Part shown: positions 25,931-39,984 of the stretch, in pieces | Numbering within the stretch: the stretch's first letter is position 1 | Layout of the letters: every line of letters begins with the position of its first letter | Assembly: GCF_009834535.1 (NCBI RefSeq) | Contig: NC_045696.1 | Coordinates: 41,666,001 to 41,730,000 of the forward strand | DNA length: 64,000 bases | Direction: 5' to 3' | Source of the DNA: Camelus ferus | Lineage: Eukaryota | Made by a program: the position numbers and the translations under genes | Notes under the pieces: model-generated | Database searches by the model: none | What the model saw: the letters and a program-made list of their open reading frames with translations, nothing else | Told to the model about the DNA's origin: nothing

Positions 25931-27445
25931 AATCAGATGGTACACAGTAAGGTCCCACGGATAAGGAAAGGTCAGGACTGGCTAATCTATAGGTTACTGC
26001 ATAGCCTTTAATATTATTTATTTTACGTAACAGACACTTAATAGAACTTCCCATATGCCAGGAACTGTGCTAAGCATTTTATAAAAATTAATTTATACAA
26101 TCCTCATGAAAACTTTTTAAGGACCATTAGCATCCTCATATTACAGGTAAAGAAAATGAGAAACAAAAATAAATAAATAAATAAATAATTTACCCAAAGT
26201 ATTCCAAAAGTATTTTTTAATAAAGGCCTCACATTCTCAGGTTCTCATGTGAGCTTTAGTCACAACGGGGAGGCAATATTCTGTGAAAAGTGCTCAGGTT
26301 GAACTGGGGAGACTGGTCATGGTGTGAGGGTAGGTGGAGGGTCAATTTACCATCCTGGTCCTCTCCCCTGCACCAATAACTAGCTGAGTGTTCTTAGATA
26401 AATATAAAGTATTTAAATTCCCTGTGCTCCGGTTTTCTGATCAGAAAAAATGAGGATAATAGTAAGTATCTCTTAGCATGGCTGTTGGGATTAAATGAAT
26501 TAATATAGATAGGAAGTCTGGCATGCTGTAAATGCTAAGTAAGTGCTTGCTATTATTTCTGGTAAACCCAGAAGCTGTGACAAGGCTATGCCTAAGTTAA
26601 AAGGTTGACACTGTTAATTTTGCCGTGAGGTTACACATCCCCACTCATGCTCCCCTGCATCCGAAAGATGGGCCACAGCCGTCACTCATAAATTCTGAGT
26701 ACTGAGTCTAGCATGAGGGTTAAGAGAGAAAACTATAAAGTCAGCCACTTTGTTTCAAAATCCCTCTTCCACTCTAATTCACGAACGCTCTGACCTTGGG
26801 CTTAATACTTCATCCTTTTAAATCTATGTGCTCCTCAGCAAAGTACGTACTACTACTACTATTTATGCCGGGAAGGTTGAAGATTATATGAGGTCAGGAA
26901 TGTGAAGTGGCTAGTACAAAGTATTCGCTCCATAAATACTCACAAGTTATTACGCTGTGAGTCTTAAGCAAGGAAGAGATAGCTTTAAAAGATGTGTCTA
27001 ATTTAGCCAGAACTGTTATGTTGATGACTGCATTCCCTCCAGAGTGGCCTTACACCAAGACATCAAAGTCAACTCAGTAGAGCACTCACAAACTTCAGTA
27101 GCTTGCTGAGGTCACATCTAATCTGATTTTAGGCTCCCCTCAGTGCCAAATTAAAGCAGTGTAACTTAGCAGCAGCAAGCTGGGGACATGAATTCCTAAG
27201 TTTTTACCCTGGCCTAACTACAAATCTAGAGTGTCTCCCTGAATATATTATTTTACCTTTTTCTAGCTCAGTTTCCTCATCTGAAAAACTAGGATTAAGA
27301 ATATGAACTTAACAAAATAGCACTGAATTACAGCATTCACATCATTTTGAATCATTGTAGTTAGTGGATATATACTAAACACAAAAGATATTCCATTTGA
27401 AATAAAGAATGTTGCAAAACAAGTGCATTTTTAAAGTCTATTTAC

Positions 27446-27504
27446 CTAAAGTCAAGTACACGAATGTCCTTGTAGCCTGGTAACCCAGTAAATGCATTTT
27501 CAAC
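27446..27504 (-). CDS. IMPG2: IMPG2 coding exon 8 (SEA1)
   Basis: 59 nt, AG 27505-27506, GT 27444-27445; VENAFTGLPGYKDIRVLDF(R). Confidence 0.94.
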
Positions 27505-27757
27505 CTGTTAAAAAAAATTTTTATAACTATGTAGAAATGTAAAAAAGTACAAAGAAAAAAATGCTTTCCAGAGTAGAATATAAAGTGCACTATTTACAAC
27601 TATTAGAAGCTTGTACACATACATGGATATATATGGGTCAGAAAGTTAAGAAAATTATAATAGTTACTATGTTAGAAAATAGTTTTCACCACAACATGGC
27701 CACATTTGTCTGTTTTCATTTTGTTGTTGTTTTTTTTTAAGGTGTTGATGTGCTTTA

Positions 27758-27868
27758 TTTGGGGGACAGTAATTAGGCTTCTTTCTTTCTCAGTGGAGGT
27801 ACTGGAGATTGAACCCAGGACCCTGTGCATGCTAAGCAGGCACTCTACCACTGAGCCAAACCCTCCCC
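27758..27868 (-). mobile_element. tRNA-Ala-derived SINE (Vic-1-like)
   Basis: Reverse complement ggggagggtttggctcagtggtagagtgcctgcttagcatgcacagggtcctgggttcaatc; flanks tgatgtgcttta / tgatgtgattta. Confidence 0.85.
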
Positions 27869-28513
27869 TGATGTGATTTAATATTGATTTTTTTCCAAAT
27901 TATAAAAAGCATACTTTTATTGGCAAAGCACTATTTTTTCCTTTATGTGATGCAATATGAAAAAAGGACTAGTTTCCAAAAAAAATGTAATAATATTTTC
28001 TAATGAAATTGTATGGATTAGAAATCTGGTCATAGCACACACACTGACACACAGTCAAGTGTTCAGCGTAAAGTGTCTGGTGGCATCTGTTTCCTATTCC
28101 TACAACACAAGGGACTATGAACACAGTTAACGTTAAGAAAGAAACCTGCAGACCTGGGCTTTAGGCCTTGATGACTGATCGTCACAAAGGGGGTTATGAA
28201 GCAGTCACTGGGTAACTTCACTGGTCAAAAGCTCAACTATGAGCATCACAATTGTAGGAACCAGTTTTATTACTGAGTCTTTAAAATCTAGCCACGTGAA
28301 TCAATATAAGCTTAGTGACTAGAGGAGAAAAAAATGCTAGATTGGACTAAATACCTAAAAAAAAAAATCAGGTTATACACAAAAACATATTTAACAAAAT
28401 TGAACATTAAATCCATGTTTCAGAAGGTGACCAGAAAAGTCACTACAGGGCTAACACTACAACATGAGAAGTAAGTTGTTAGTGGACTTGCGGACATTTC
28501 TGGGTATCTGCTT

Positions 28514-28671
28514 GTTTTTTTTTTTTGGTTTTTGGTTTTGTTTCATTTTTGCTTTTTTGAGGGGGAGGGTAATTAGGCTTATTTACCTACATTTAATGGA
28601 GGTACTGAGGACTGAACCCAGGACCTTGTGCATGCTAAGCATACACTCTACCACTGAGCTCTACCTTCCCC
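28514..28671 (-). mobile_element. tRNA-Ala-derived SINE (Vic-1-like)
   Basis: Same consensus with A and B boxes; TSD ttctgggtatctgctt (28498-28513) / ttctgggtacctgctt (28672-28687). Confidence 0.88.
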
Positions 28672-29209
28672 TTCTGGGTACCTGCTTTTAAAACTAAGTC
28701 CTTATATAATCAGGAGAATGGGATTTTTCAAAAATCTTGGTTCACTGAAGATCTTCATGCCTTTGGACAGAGAATCCAAACCTGTGATACTTTTTGGCTG
28801 TAAGAATTCACCTTGTTTTATTCTCAGAGTAAAAGAGAGAAGTGCTGTAATTCTTGGAGGGTGGGAGTTAGGGAAAGAATTTCGCAGGACTGGGAATCCG
28901 AAGAGTGAGGGTCAGTCCCAGCTCTTTTAGCTGGCAGGGTGGCCATGCACAAGTCTTCTTTCATAGCACTAGTGCTTCCCTGCCCAACGACCACATCAGC
29001 TTTTGTAAGATAAAAATGAATGTAGCTGATAGTACTCCATTAACTGCAAAATACTGTACAACTGCATCTCATTATTAACACTAAACCCGTCTCATCTGGG
29101 GCTTTGTCATCTCTTGATTCTAAGCACCATATAGGTATTCTAATCCATCACCCCCAGTTAGCTACAGGTGTCCAGTTGTAAGAAGTCATTCCACTTTATT
29201 AACATTAAG

Positions 29210-29390
29210 ATTAATAATAGGTGCAATTTATTGAGTGACTGCTCTGTGACTAGTGCTTTGAAATATTACTTCTAGTCCTTTCAACACTCCCAAGAGGTAT
29301 ATATATTCCCAGTTCTACAGTTGAGAAAACTGAGGCTCTGAGACGTCAACTAACTTGCCCAGGATTATGCATTTGGTGAGTGACCGAATC
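29210..29390. mobile_element. MIR relic
   Basis: attcccagttctacagttgagaaaactgaggctctgaga...taacttgcccagg MIR core. Confidence 0.65.
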
Positions 29391-31374
29391 AGAATTTATT
29401 TAATTTCCAATCTTTCTAACACTGACACCCAAATGCTTCCCACAGAATTACATGTCTCATTCTCTTTCCTTTGACTCATGATAAATATAGTTTAAAATTG
29501 GGGCCAGCACTGGGAAAACTGTGAGGCTCACCACAACTTCTCACCTGAATTAGAATGAAGGGAATGCTGTGTGATATAAAGGAAGGAACACTTCAAAGGA
29601 AGGAAACCTGATTTTCCCTTCTACTCCTAGAAGCTGAAATAACAATGAACAAGTTACTTACCCTCCTGGGCTTCATCTATAAAATGGAGATGCTCGCCCA
29701 CATGACTGCTGTTAGCAAACCAACATACAGCAGCCTGCAGAACACAGAGCACTATGCAAGGATGCTGTGTTGATACCATGGCTGTCTTCAGGTATCCACA
29801 TGCCCAAGCCTATCACAATGACCTTTCCTGCCCTGATGTCATTCTTGGTGTTGTCCCAAGTTTATCTTACTCTTCTCATAAAAAAAGAGTAACAGCCCCT
29901 ACACCTCAATCCTTCCCAAGCAGGCTTCCTTTTCCCCTGGGTATCTTCCTGTATTTGCTAAGAAATAGTACAGAAGGAACAATCCCCGTGACTGTGTCCT
30001 GCAGGGAGAGAGCTAAATGGCCTCCTTCAGTTTGCAGTAAACATGCGACAGGACCTTCGTAGACATGATCCTGACTCTGCAGTTTCGCACAGAGAAGTGG
30101 TTACTGGGAGACATTTTATTCTGGGTAAAGGGATGGGGATGTAGAAACAGGCCAGAGAAGGAACTTGTTTCGTGTAGGCCCAGACCCTTCACTGCCCTCA
30201 AATAACTTCAAGCCAGTAGCTACCTACCTCATAAAGTCCCTACTGGAAATGTTTTTCAGAGTGTTTATTAGACTTTCTCCAAATGTGCAGTCATTCTGAG
30301 CAATTGTTTACCCAAACACAGAGGTTTATTAAAAATTCCTTAATCCAAGGGCAGAAAGAACCAAACAGCTGATCCAAGACACTATCTGATGCCAGGTGGC
30401 CACTGGCCTGGCTAACATTTCTTCCACATACCACCCAGACTCACAGCTTGGCCACACAGCTAGGAAAATCAATCATCTGGCCTACACTCCCCATGTCTGA
30501 TGGCTGCAATGATGCTCTTTGGCTGAAAGATGCACATTTTTATTTCTCATCTAGACACAGTGTCTAGAGGAAGAAATTAGTCCAAGGTAATGGAATTAAA
30601 AAACTTGGCCAAGGAGAACCCCATCAAGAGGGATGGAAAAGAAATAAACAGGAAGGAATGATGTGCACTCTCACTGGGCAGAGAGGGGAGACGGGCACTC
30701 AATGCCCTACTGTCTACACAAGAGCAAAATCACACAAGAAGAGGGCCAAGAATGGGTCATTTCCGATGGAAAGAATCTTGAATTCAACTCCTATATAGAA
30801 TTCTTCCAGAAACTAAAGTTGTGGGATGGGCTACTGTACAATTCTTTAAAGAAACCTCTTTTTTAAAATACTTCCAATAAGAGGGAAATTTACTTTTCAT
30901 TGGATGTCCTTTTGTCCTTTGAACGTGGTACCACGTACCATCTATGTATTAACTGGTCAAAAATTTTCAATTTAAAAGAATAACAACTATAAATTAAAAA
31001 GAAATTAAGTTTAATGTTCCCTCAAGAAAAATGACACACTGTATATAGTTTCTCAAAGATGCTCATTTCTCCAAATATTGTCAAGTTAAAACCATGCCAT
31101 GGAACACATTTCTTCCTTGGCTGTGCAGCAAACATTGGAAATAGCATTTATTTGTTAGTAGATGGCAAATGCGTACAAAATTTTGTTTCATTGAAATAAT
31201 TTATCTGTCTTTCTGTGAACTTTTCACAGCATTTTCTGAAGAAATGACTAAGTCACCACTCCCTGAACCAAGTAGGTGGAGAGTTTGAATTCTAAACCTA
31301 CATTTAACCAGTGTTGTGAATATGGGAAAACTACAACCCCAGCAAACTATCTTGTATACCAAAAAAATCACCAC

Positions 31375-31536
31375 CTCTGAAATAAACTCTTCCGCAAGGC
31401 GCTGGTGGTAGAAGCTGGAGGGATCCTGTAGTTCTTTCTTGTATTGCTCTCCCAAAAGGTGGATACTGAATTCTGCAACCTGCTCAGTTGCTGGTTTTGT
31501 GGATTCTTCTATCACATTCTCAATTTCATTGCTAAT
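31375..31536 (-). CDS. IMPG2: IMPG2 coding exon 7 (start of SEA1)
   Basis: 162 nt, AG 31537-31538, GT 31373-31374; [54 protein letters not shown]. Confidence 0.95.
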
Positions 31537-31837
31537 CTGGATTTTTAGAGAGAGAACAATAAATGTCAATGATTACTTATTCAATCAACAAATATTTATT
31601 GATCACCTATATGTCAGGTCCTGTGCTAAAGACAACTTCTGATGGTGACTGTTTATATACTATTTTACTTTGAAACTAACTGGTAGACGTTAAGACATAG
31701 GCTAGTATTAGAATTACTGTGTATTTGTACATTCATTTCAATACACAATGACAGGTTCAGAGAAAGATAGAAAATTTTCCACAGATAACCACTGAAGTTG
31801 ACTGTTTATAAGTGAGTAGAAAAAGAGCTGAAATAAT

Positions 31838-32590
31838 CCGTCATTAATTATTAGAGAAATGCAAATGAAAACCACAATGAGGTATTACCTCACACCTGTC
31901 AGAAAGGTTATCATCAAAAAGTCTACAAATAACAAATGCTGGAGAGGATATGGAGAAAAGGGAACCCTTGTACACTGGTGGGAATGTAAATTAGTGCAGT
32001 CACTGGAAAACGGTATGGAGACTCCTTAAAAAACCAAAAATAGAACTGTCATATGACTCCTGGGTACATATCCAGAAAAAACAAAAACACTAATCCAAAA
32101 AGATATGCACCCCAATGTTCAGAGCTGCATTATTTATAACAGCCAAGACATAGAAGCAACCTAAATGCCCATTAACAGACAACTGAATTAAGAAGATATG
32201 ATACACACACACATATACATACACATACACACAATGGAATATCACTCAGCCGTAAGAAAGAATGAAATACTGCCATTTGCAGCAACATAGATGAACTGAG
32301 AGAATATTACGCTTAGTGAAATAAGTCAGACAGAGAAAGACAAATACTATATATTACTTACATATGGAATCTAAAAAAATAATACAAATGAATGTATATA
32401 TGAAAAAGAAATAGACTCACAGGTGTAGAAAACAAACGTGTGGTTACCAAAGGGGACAGGGCAGGAGGGAGGGACAAATTAGGAGTATGGGATTAACAGA
32501 TACAAACTCCTATACAGAAAATAGATAAGCAACAAGGATATACTGTATAGCACAGGAAATTATACAAAAATTTTAATAAATAAATAAAAT
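31838..32590 (+). mobile_element. L1 3' fragment (ORF2 end and 3' UTR)
   Basis: attagagaaatgcaaatgaaaaccacaatgagg...gctggagaggatatggagaaaagggaaccc...gccatttgcagcaacatagatg. Confidence 0.88.
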
Positions 32591-32654
32591 AGAAGGAAAA
32601 ACTTTTTAAAAGAAGAAAAAGAGTTGAAATTATCATCTAAAAATAGCCTAGAAG

Positions 32655-33797
32655 GGTAGTTCTCAAACATTTTGGTGTTAAGACTCCTTTAAATTCTTAA
32701 AATTCATGAGGAACCAAAGAAGTTTGGTTTTTGTGGGTTATATCTATCGATATATACCAAACAAAAAATTAAAAGAAATTTTTAATACATATATTAATTA
32801 ATTAAATACAATAATTTTAAAATAAGAAACTCATTACATGTAAAAATGAATAACATATTTTGCAAAATAAAAAAAATAGTGAGAAGAGTAATGTTTATAT
32901 TTTTACAAATTCTTTAATGTCTGGCTTAATAGAAGATGGCTGGATTCTCATACCTGCTTCGGCATTCAATATGTTGTTTTATATCTGGAGGGAACTCTAA
33001 TACACAAAGATAGATGCCCAATGTTCATAGCAATGCTATTTACAAGATGTGGAAACAACCTAAATGTTCATTGACAGATGACTGGATAAAGAAGTTATAG
33101 TGTATACATACATATACAATGGAATACTACATAGCCATAAAAAAGAATAAAATGCCATTTGCAGCAACATGGATGGACCTGGAGATCATCATTCTAAGTG
33201 AAGTAAGTCAGAAAGAGAAAGAAAAATACCATATGATATCACTTATATGTGGAATCCTAAAAAAAAAGACACAAATGAACTTACTTACAAAACAGAAACA
33301 GACTCAACAGACATAGAAAACAACCTTATGGTTACCAGAGAGGGAAGGGATGGGAAGGGATAAATTAGGAGTTCAAGGTTTACAAATATTAATTAATTTA
33401 TATATATAAAATAGATAAACAATAAGTTTCTACTCTATCGCCCAAGAAACTATACTCCACATCGTGTAGTAATCTATAATGAAAAAGAATATGAAAACAA
33501 ATATATGCATGTATATGTATGATTGAAACATTATGCTGTACACCAGAAATTGCCACAACATTGTAAAGTGACTATACTTCAATTTTTTAAAATGTTATTT
33601 TTGTTGAAGTTCATGAATATAATCTAGTCACACAGGTATGTGCTGGGGAAGGCAGGAATACTTAACAGCCTTTTCAGATAATCGTGGTTATTGTTTTCAG
33701 GTCCTATGCCAAACTCAGCAAGTGGTAGGTTTTTAAAGGTTAATTGTCGTGTGGAATCTGAAACCATATCAACAAACTTTTTGTACTCTGTAACATC
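32655..33797. mobile_element. Charlie1-type hAT DNA transposon fragment, split by an L1 insertion at about 32978-33592
   Basis: gttctcaaacattttgg...gtgggttatatctatcgata terminus; ttaatgtctggcttaatagaaga...gcattcaat before the L1 and gttgaagt...aatctagtcacaca after; minus ORF 33624-33815 (LPLAEFG...FPSTYLCD) resembles hAT dimerisation motif PF.TTYLCE. Confidence 0.7.
32978..33592 (+). mobile_element. Relatively young L1 3' fragment
   Basis: ORF 33119-33316 MEYYIAIKKNKMPFAATWMDLEIIILSEVSQKEKEKYHMISLICGI is the L1 ORF2 C-terminus, followed by 3' UTR. Confidence 0.9.
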
Positions 33798-36681
33798 TAA
33801 ATTCAGGTCTTTCACTAGCTAAAGCTGGAACAATTTGAGCAACAAAATAAATAGTGGATTATAATCTAAAAAATAAAATAAATATCCATGAGTCTGTACT
33901 GATATAAGTAAATAATTTAGTAAACAAGTGAGAAAGAGCTGACAATGGTTTCTTACAGAAGATTCCAATTAGTAAATGTAGAGGGTCTGAGGGGAATAGA
34001 ACAACACTACTAGCACCACACAGTAATAACTGTTGAATGCAAAACACACGTGTGCTCTTCTAATCCAAGTCCCTCCAATTTGAAACACAAGAAAAACAGG
34101 GTTTGAGACAGAAGAATGGCTAGCCTAAGGGCTCACAGCAAACCAATGGCAGAGTCAGGAAAAGAGCACAGGGGCTTTTTACACTGTTTCAGTTTTCTGT
34201 CCTGATGGATCATATAACCAGAGACTTTCAAAACTTCACAATTGTGAAAAGCCTCAAAGATTCCACCATCCCTTCTGATGCTTGAATTCTCTCTACAGTA
34301 TTCCCAACAAATATTTGTACATCCTCAGTTTAAATGGCTCTGATGAGAAAGTCTTTGAAAGATTTTCAAAGGCAGACCATTACATTTCCAAAAAAGCTCT
34401 CTCATGGTTGGAAAGTTCCTAATATTAAACTCAAATATATTTCTCTGTAAATTTCCACTGATCCCAGTTTTGTAACCTGGAACATATATAAAAACTGTAG
34501 TCCCCAGAGAGAGCCCATCAAATTAGTACAGGCAGCTATCACGTCTTCCCTGACTTTTCACCATCTCCTTTCCTCCTGATACTTCTCAGGCTCTTAATGT
34601 CTTCCTTAGACTGTGGTACACACAATTGAGGTCTGATCAATTAAAATATGGTATGACTATCATCTCCCATATAGTAGACTCTAATTTCTATTAATGTATC
34701 CTAAAATTAGTACACTATAGCATACTTCCAAAAGTGCACTTCACAGCATTTGGGATTGTGCAGTTTCACAAAAATGGGCATAGGAGTGTATTTATATTTA
34801 TTTATTTTGATTTGGATTTGTTGTACTTCCTTAATATGAGGCTTTACGTTTATAATAAATTCAGAGAAATTTTCATCATTATCTATTATCATTAGATATA
34901 GATATATAGATGGAGATAGAGAGATATCTTAAAAGTAAATGAAGGAAACAGCCAGATTACCAACAAGGGAGTAAGAACTGAATTGTTAGATGAGTTCTCA
35001 GGAGCAACAATAAAAGTTAGAAGATAGTGGAATAAAACATTGACAAAAAAAAAAAAAACCACAACCAAACTCAATCTAGACCTTAATATAGATTTTTAAG
35101 TATCTTTCTAGAATAGAGAGTTAATAAAGAAATTTTCAGGTGACCAAAAACTGAGATTGAACCAGTGAGAAATTCTCACTAAAGTAATATCAGAAGCATA
35201 TATTTCAGAAGGAAAATTATTCCAAAAGAGAGGTCTAAAATGCAAAAAAAAAAAAAAAAAAAAGTTTTAAGAAGCCAAAATGGTAAACATCTGGGTAAAT
35301 ACAAAACAAACAAACTTTAACTGTATATAACAAATATAATACAGTCTAACTTGTGGGATTAAAAAGAGAGAACTAAAAGAGAGAAAGAACAAAAATACTG
35401 AAAAATATTATATAAAACAGTAGGGTGATCATTTGAATCATTCTAACGTTCTAATGTTCCTGCATGACTCAGGAGAAGAATAAAGATTCTGAAAAACTTA
35501 AATTTTGCTGATTAAATACACATAATAATATACAGGGTAAGTACTATATATATGAAGACAGAAATCAAGTACGTAATTTCTAAAAGAGTATCTGGAAAAC
35601 ATATTAGTGAAAAAAACTGAACTGTAAAACTGTACATCAGACTTCACTTTGAACTAGAGGTACAGGCTCTCTAATTCCCGTTATGTACCTCTGTGCTGCT
35701 TTGTCTTCCTACTGGTTCTATGCACTAGCTTCAAGTCATCCTCTCTGTTTTGGAACGCTCCATCCAATTGATTACACACAGTCCCTTCATTTCTATTACA
35801 GGGAATTCTGTCTCATCCTGTAAATGTTTCTAGACCTAAATCATAACTGTTCAGACTCCAGTTCAGAACTACAGTATTACTTTTTATTCAAATATTTATC
35901 AAATGCCAGTATTTTCCAGTACCATCTAATATGGACGGTTGTACTAAGGGTAAAAGTACTGATTCAGACATCTCCTCAAGGATCCCAAACCACCACCAGC
36001 CTTGTTCAGTGACAGGGAAGGAGCTTAACCTGACTTGATAGATGTTAAAATGTCCAAGCTGGTAAGAGAAGGTGTAGGGTAACAAAATTGTACCTTTCTA
36101 GTGAATAAGTTCAGTTTGCTGTGTATTAAGTAATCTAGGATTTATGCATTTTTAATAAAATTTCTAACAAAATGTTTCTATCTTCCTGAAAGTGTACACT
36201 TTTCTTTTAATTTGACTGTGATAGCCAGTTTAATGTTGTTTAGTGGACAGATTACTATTAGTAAAGATGCATTTTAAAAGCCTGGTACTTCTTTAATTTT
36301 AAACTACATTAAAATCTATATCCTTTCCCTCTGAAGAAAAGACTAAGTCCTGATTTATTAAAGGATAGAAGAACAGAGGCAAAAACCCTCACAATCAATT
36401 ATGTACACAGCCCACAAAAGACAGTAGGCTTACCCTGACGACACTTCCCCGGGCCCCAAGTCATCTCACTTACAATTTGAAGCCATCCTTTGCCAAAAAG
36501 CAGGTTTACTTGGCTCACCAAGGAATCGCAGATTCTTTTTAATGTGCTAGTTTTAGAATCTACAACATTTCCACAAAGGGAACCACCTGAAGTTTTGTGT
36601 CACCTGAGAATGGACTATAAATCTCCTTTAACCCCTGTCCTCCAGGTGAGAAACTAAATAACAAAATAGAACATCACTTAC

Positions 36682-36764
36682 ACTCTCTTCTGGCTTCTCC
36701 AAGCTGCTCTCTGAGATACCTTCATAGGAGGTCACTCCTGGATATGGAACACTGAGACTAGCAC
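36682..36764 (-). CDS. IMPG2: IMPG2 coding exon 6
   Basis: 83 nt, AG 36765-36766, GT 36680-36681; (G)ASLSVPYPGVTSYEGISESSLEKPEES. Confidence 0.92.
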
Positions 36765-37491
36765 CTAAGTAGAAAAGCAAAAACATGTATGAAGTCAGTC
36801 CCTGACGAAATTAGAATTCATATCAGGAAATAAGAAACTGATTTCAAAGCTTCTTCTGTAAGTATCTGCATGCCTAGAAATTCTGTGCATTCTAACCTCA
36901 AGACACATTTATTTAGAGCCTCCCCAGCACAAGAAATAAATATGACTCATTCAATAATTCAACAAGTATTAATTGATACCTACTATATGGCAGGCTTTAA
37001 GCAAGACACCAGGGATACAAAGTTCCTATCTTTAAGAGTCTATCTAGTAAAACGAACTCTCAGAGAGGGGAAGTGGGTGAAGGTTGGAACTGGCCATGAA
37101 TTATAACTTGTCGAAGCTGGGCCTCATTGTGCTATTTTTCTACATGTTTGAAATTTCCAATAAAGAAGACCTTCTTAAAAAAAATTAAGAATAAAGCAAT
37201 TTATAGGAAATACAGAGGTCAAAGAAACATGTTAAAGTACACCACAAATGCAATCAGAAAAATCCTTACTCTGGAAAGCCTTACAAGACAAATGACAAAC
37301 GGTGGAGCTAGAAAGGTTCATCTACCTTTTGACATAAGCAGTGGTTATAGGGTTTTTGCCTATATAATTCTTTACGTTGTACATTTGTTTTAAGCAGTCT
37401 TCAGATTCGTATCATACTTAATAATTTAAGATTCTTAGAAACCTACATCATAATGTCATAAAATAAGTAAAAAAAAGAATTACTTTTTCTA

Positions 37492-37757
37492 GAGGGGGAG
37501 GCATAAATTAGGAGTTTGGGATTAACAGATACACACTTCTATATATAAAATATGTAACCAATAAGGGCCTACTATATAACATAGGTAACTAAATTCATAT
37601 CTTATAATAACCTATAATGGAAAAGAATCTGAAAAAAAATAGTTTTGTGTGTGTGTGTGTGTGTGTGTGTATATGAATCTGAATCATTTTGCTGTACACC
37701 TGAAACTAACATAACATTGTAAATCAACTATACTTCATAAAAATAAATTTTAAAAAA
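37492..37757 (+). mobile_element. L1 3' fragment with internal (GT)n
   Basis: ataaattaggagtttgggattaacagatacac...gctgtacacctgaaactaac; flanks aattactttttct / aattactatttct. Confidence 0.82.
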
Positions 37758-37892
37758 TTACTATTTCTTGAGACTCTTGAACAACACATGGAGAAAGAAA
37801 CATAGTATTTTTTAAATGTGAGCTGAAAAATGTGCTCACTTGCAATTAAATAATAAACAATTTAAAAATTGCATAAAGGCACAAAAGCATAC

Positions 37893-37942
37893 CTCCCAAT
37901 GTTGAGGTATCACCAACAGGAACTGGAGATGACAGTTCGGGG
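37893..37942 (-). CDS. IMPG2: IMPG2 coding exon 5
   Basis: 50 nt, AG 37943-37944, GT 37891-37892; PELSSPVPVGDTSTLG. Confidence 0.93.
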
Positions 37943-38285
37943 CTAGGAAAAAAAATGTTTGGCGTTAACAACATGATAAAATGTGAGAGTTTATTTGGGG
38001 GGTTGTTTTCCTAAAAGGAATTAACTAGATCTCCAAACAAGGATTACCAAACCAAAGCACTGAGCAGCAAATTTAAAAACTAGTAATAATAGTCTTTACA
38101 ATTCATTTACTTTTACATTTTTGATGCCTACTCAACTAGAGTCACCCTACATAAAGTAATCCCTTAGTTAAAATTTCATAACCCTGTTTCTTTTCTTCTC
38201 AGTTCTTATCACTATGTGAAATTATTCTGTTCATTTATTTATCTACTTCTTTATCTCTGTCCCCTGCCCCCTTAACTGTCTAGAA

Positions 38286-38478
38286 TGGCATTGTCCAACA
38301 TGACAGTCAGTGGACATATGTGACAATTTAATTTAATATTAAATGAAGTTTAAAATTCAGAACCTCATCCACACTAGCCACACTTCAAGTATTCAACACA
38401 TATGGCTAATGGCTACTTTATCGCACAGCCCAGTAATGAACATGTCCATCATCACAGAAAGTTCTATTGAACAGGACT
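38286..38478. mobile_element. MER3/MER33-like hAT MITE
   Basis: cacactagccacacttcaagt...tggctaatggctac...aacatgtccatcatcacagaaagttctattgaacag. Confidence 0.65.
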
Positions 38479-39984
38479 GCCTCAAGAATCTAAACTCCAT
38501 GAGATTAGGGACCTTACCTGCTGTATTCTTGCCATATCTCCATCCTAAATCAGAATCAGTGCCACCATTTAGTAGGCACTGAATAGATATTTTTGGCATA
38601 AATAAATAAATACTATTGGCCAACCAGTGTAGTGTAGAAGGCACTTGGCATATAGCTGTGAACGAAACACCCATGGTCTATGAAGGTTACAGTCTTATAG
38701 AAAACAGACAACAAATAAATGATTACAAATTCAACAAGTAGTACAGACACGAAAGTACTGGCTGCTAAGGGGAGCACGTAAGCCCAAATCTCATCTCATT
38801 TGAGAGATCACAGAAATCAGAAAAAAAATTTAATATAAAAAAGTCAAGCTTAGAGAACTGATTTGCTGTAGGCCATACTGCTAACAGGTGTCAGGTCCCC
38901 CAGCCATGCTTTTACCACGCCAGTCTGCGACTGCAAGCAAAGATCAGAAGAGATCAGAGGATAATCTGAGAAAGCCCCTGCTCTAAAGAAAAGAAAGTGG
39001 GTTTCTGCAAGTCCAAATTTCCACATACCCCAAAATATTTAATTTAAATTATAATAATTGAATACTCTCTCTGACTTTACACAAGTGAGCTTTAAAAAGT
39101 GATTTAATCACAGTCAAAATGTCTCCTTCTCAGACTTGCCAGTGCCGCAGTAGGTCCCATTCAGATTTAGATTGTCCTGCTGCTGTAAACTAGATCAGGG
39201 GGCTGGGAAGGCAGACTCAAAGCCACCAGATAAACATGCCACACATCCTGAACCATCAATTTTTTACTTGAAGCATAGATAAGTAGAGAGCTAAGTAAGA
39301 ACTGATAGGAAATTTAAAACATTCTAATTAAAACAAATGTAGCTATATATTATAGAGTAGACTATAAAGTTTAAGTGAATATTAAGATAAAATATGATAA
39401 TTCAAAAACATTTCATGACTGAAACGAGTCAGGGAGTTAACTAGGGCCATGCTCCCTAAACCCCCAGGCTTTGGCAGAAAATTTGAGAAACATAGGTTAA
39501 AAAAAATCTCATCATAAAGATTCTTCTGGTTTAAAAAAATACTATCTAAGAAAGAGTAACGTATTAGACCAGTACACCAAATCCATTACTATTGGTTATT
39601 TATAGTGCACTTGCAGGAAATTGCTTACTGAGTGAGCTGTCATCCAAAAGAACCAAAAGGAATATAACATTTGGATAAGTCATTATGATGAATGATGAGT
39701 AATGGGTGATGAGAAAGGCTTCTTGGGTTGCAGGAGATGGAGCTTAAAAAATGGGATTTCAGATGCATTTGGAACAGACATTGACACAATAAGGCTTGAA
39801 TAGGGTTTATTAATTGCCTACAAGGCAGAACCCCTTCCCAGTATCTTCATTTTATAGATGAAAAATTGAGGTCCAAATGGGCAAAGCAATTTTCCCAGGG
39901 TCACACAATGACTTGATATGGCCAAGCCACACCTAAAGTTCCCATTCATATCCAGTTCCCTTTTCAATAATAATAACAGCAAGT

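Noticed and set aside
25754..26054. EEKRR-repeat and FSSLL-repeat ORFs
   Set aside because: Translations of the (GAAGA)n microsatellite
36433..36546. Two consensus-like donors (gtaagt, gtaagc) downstream of exon 6
   Set aside because: Candidate acceptor is purine-rich and the resulting exons (73 or 113 nt) shift the frame
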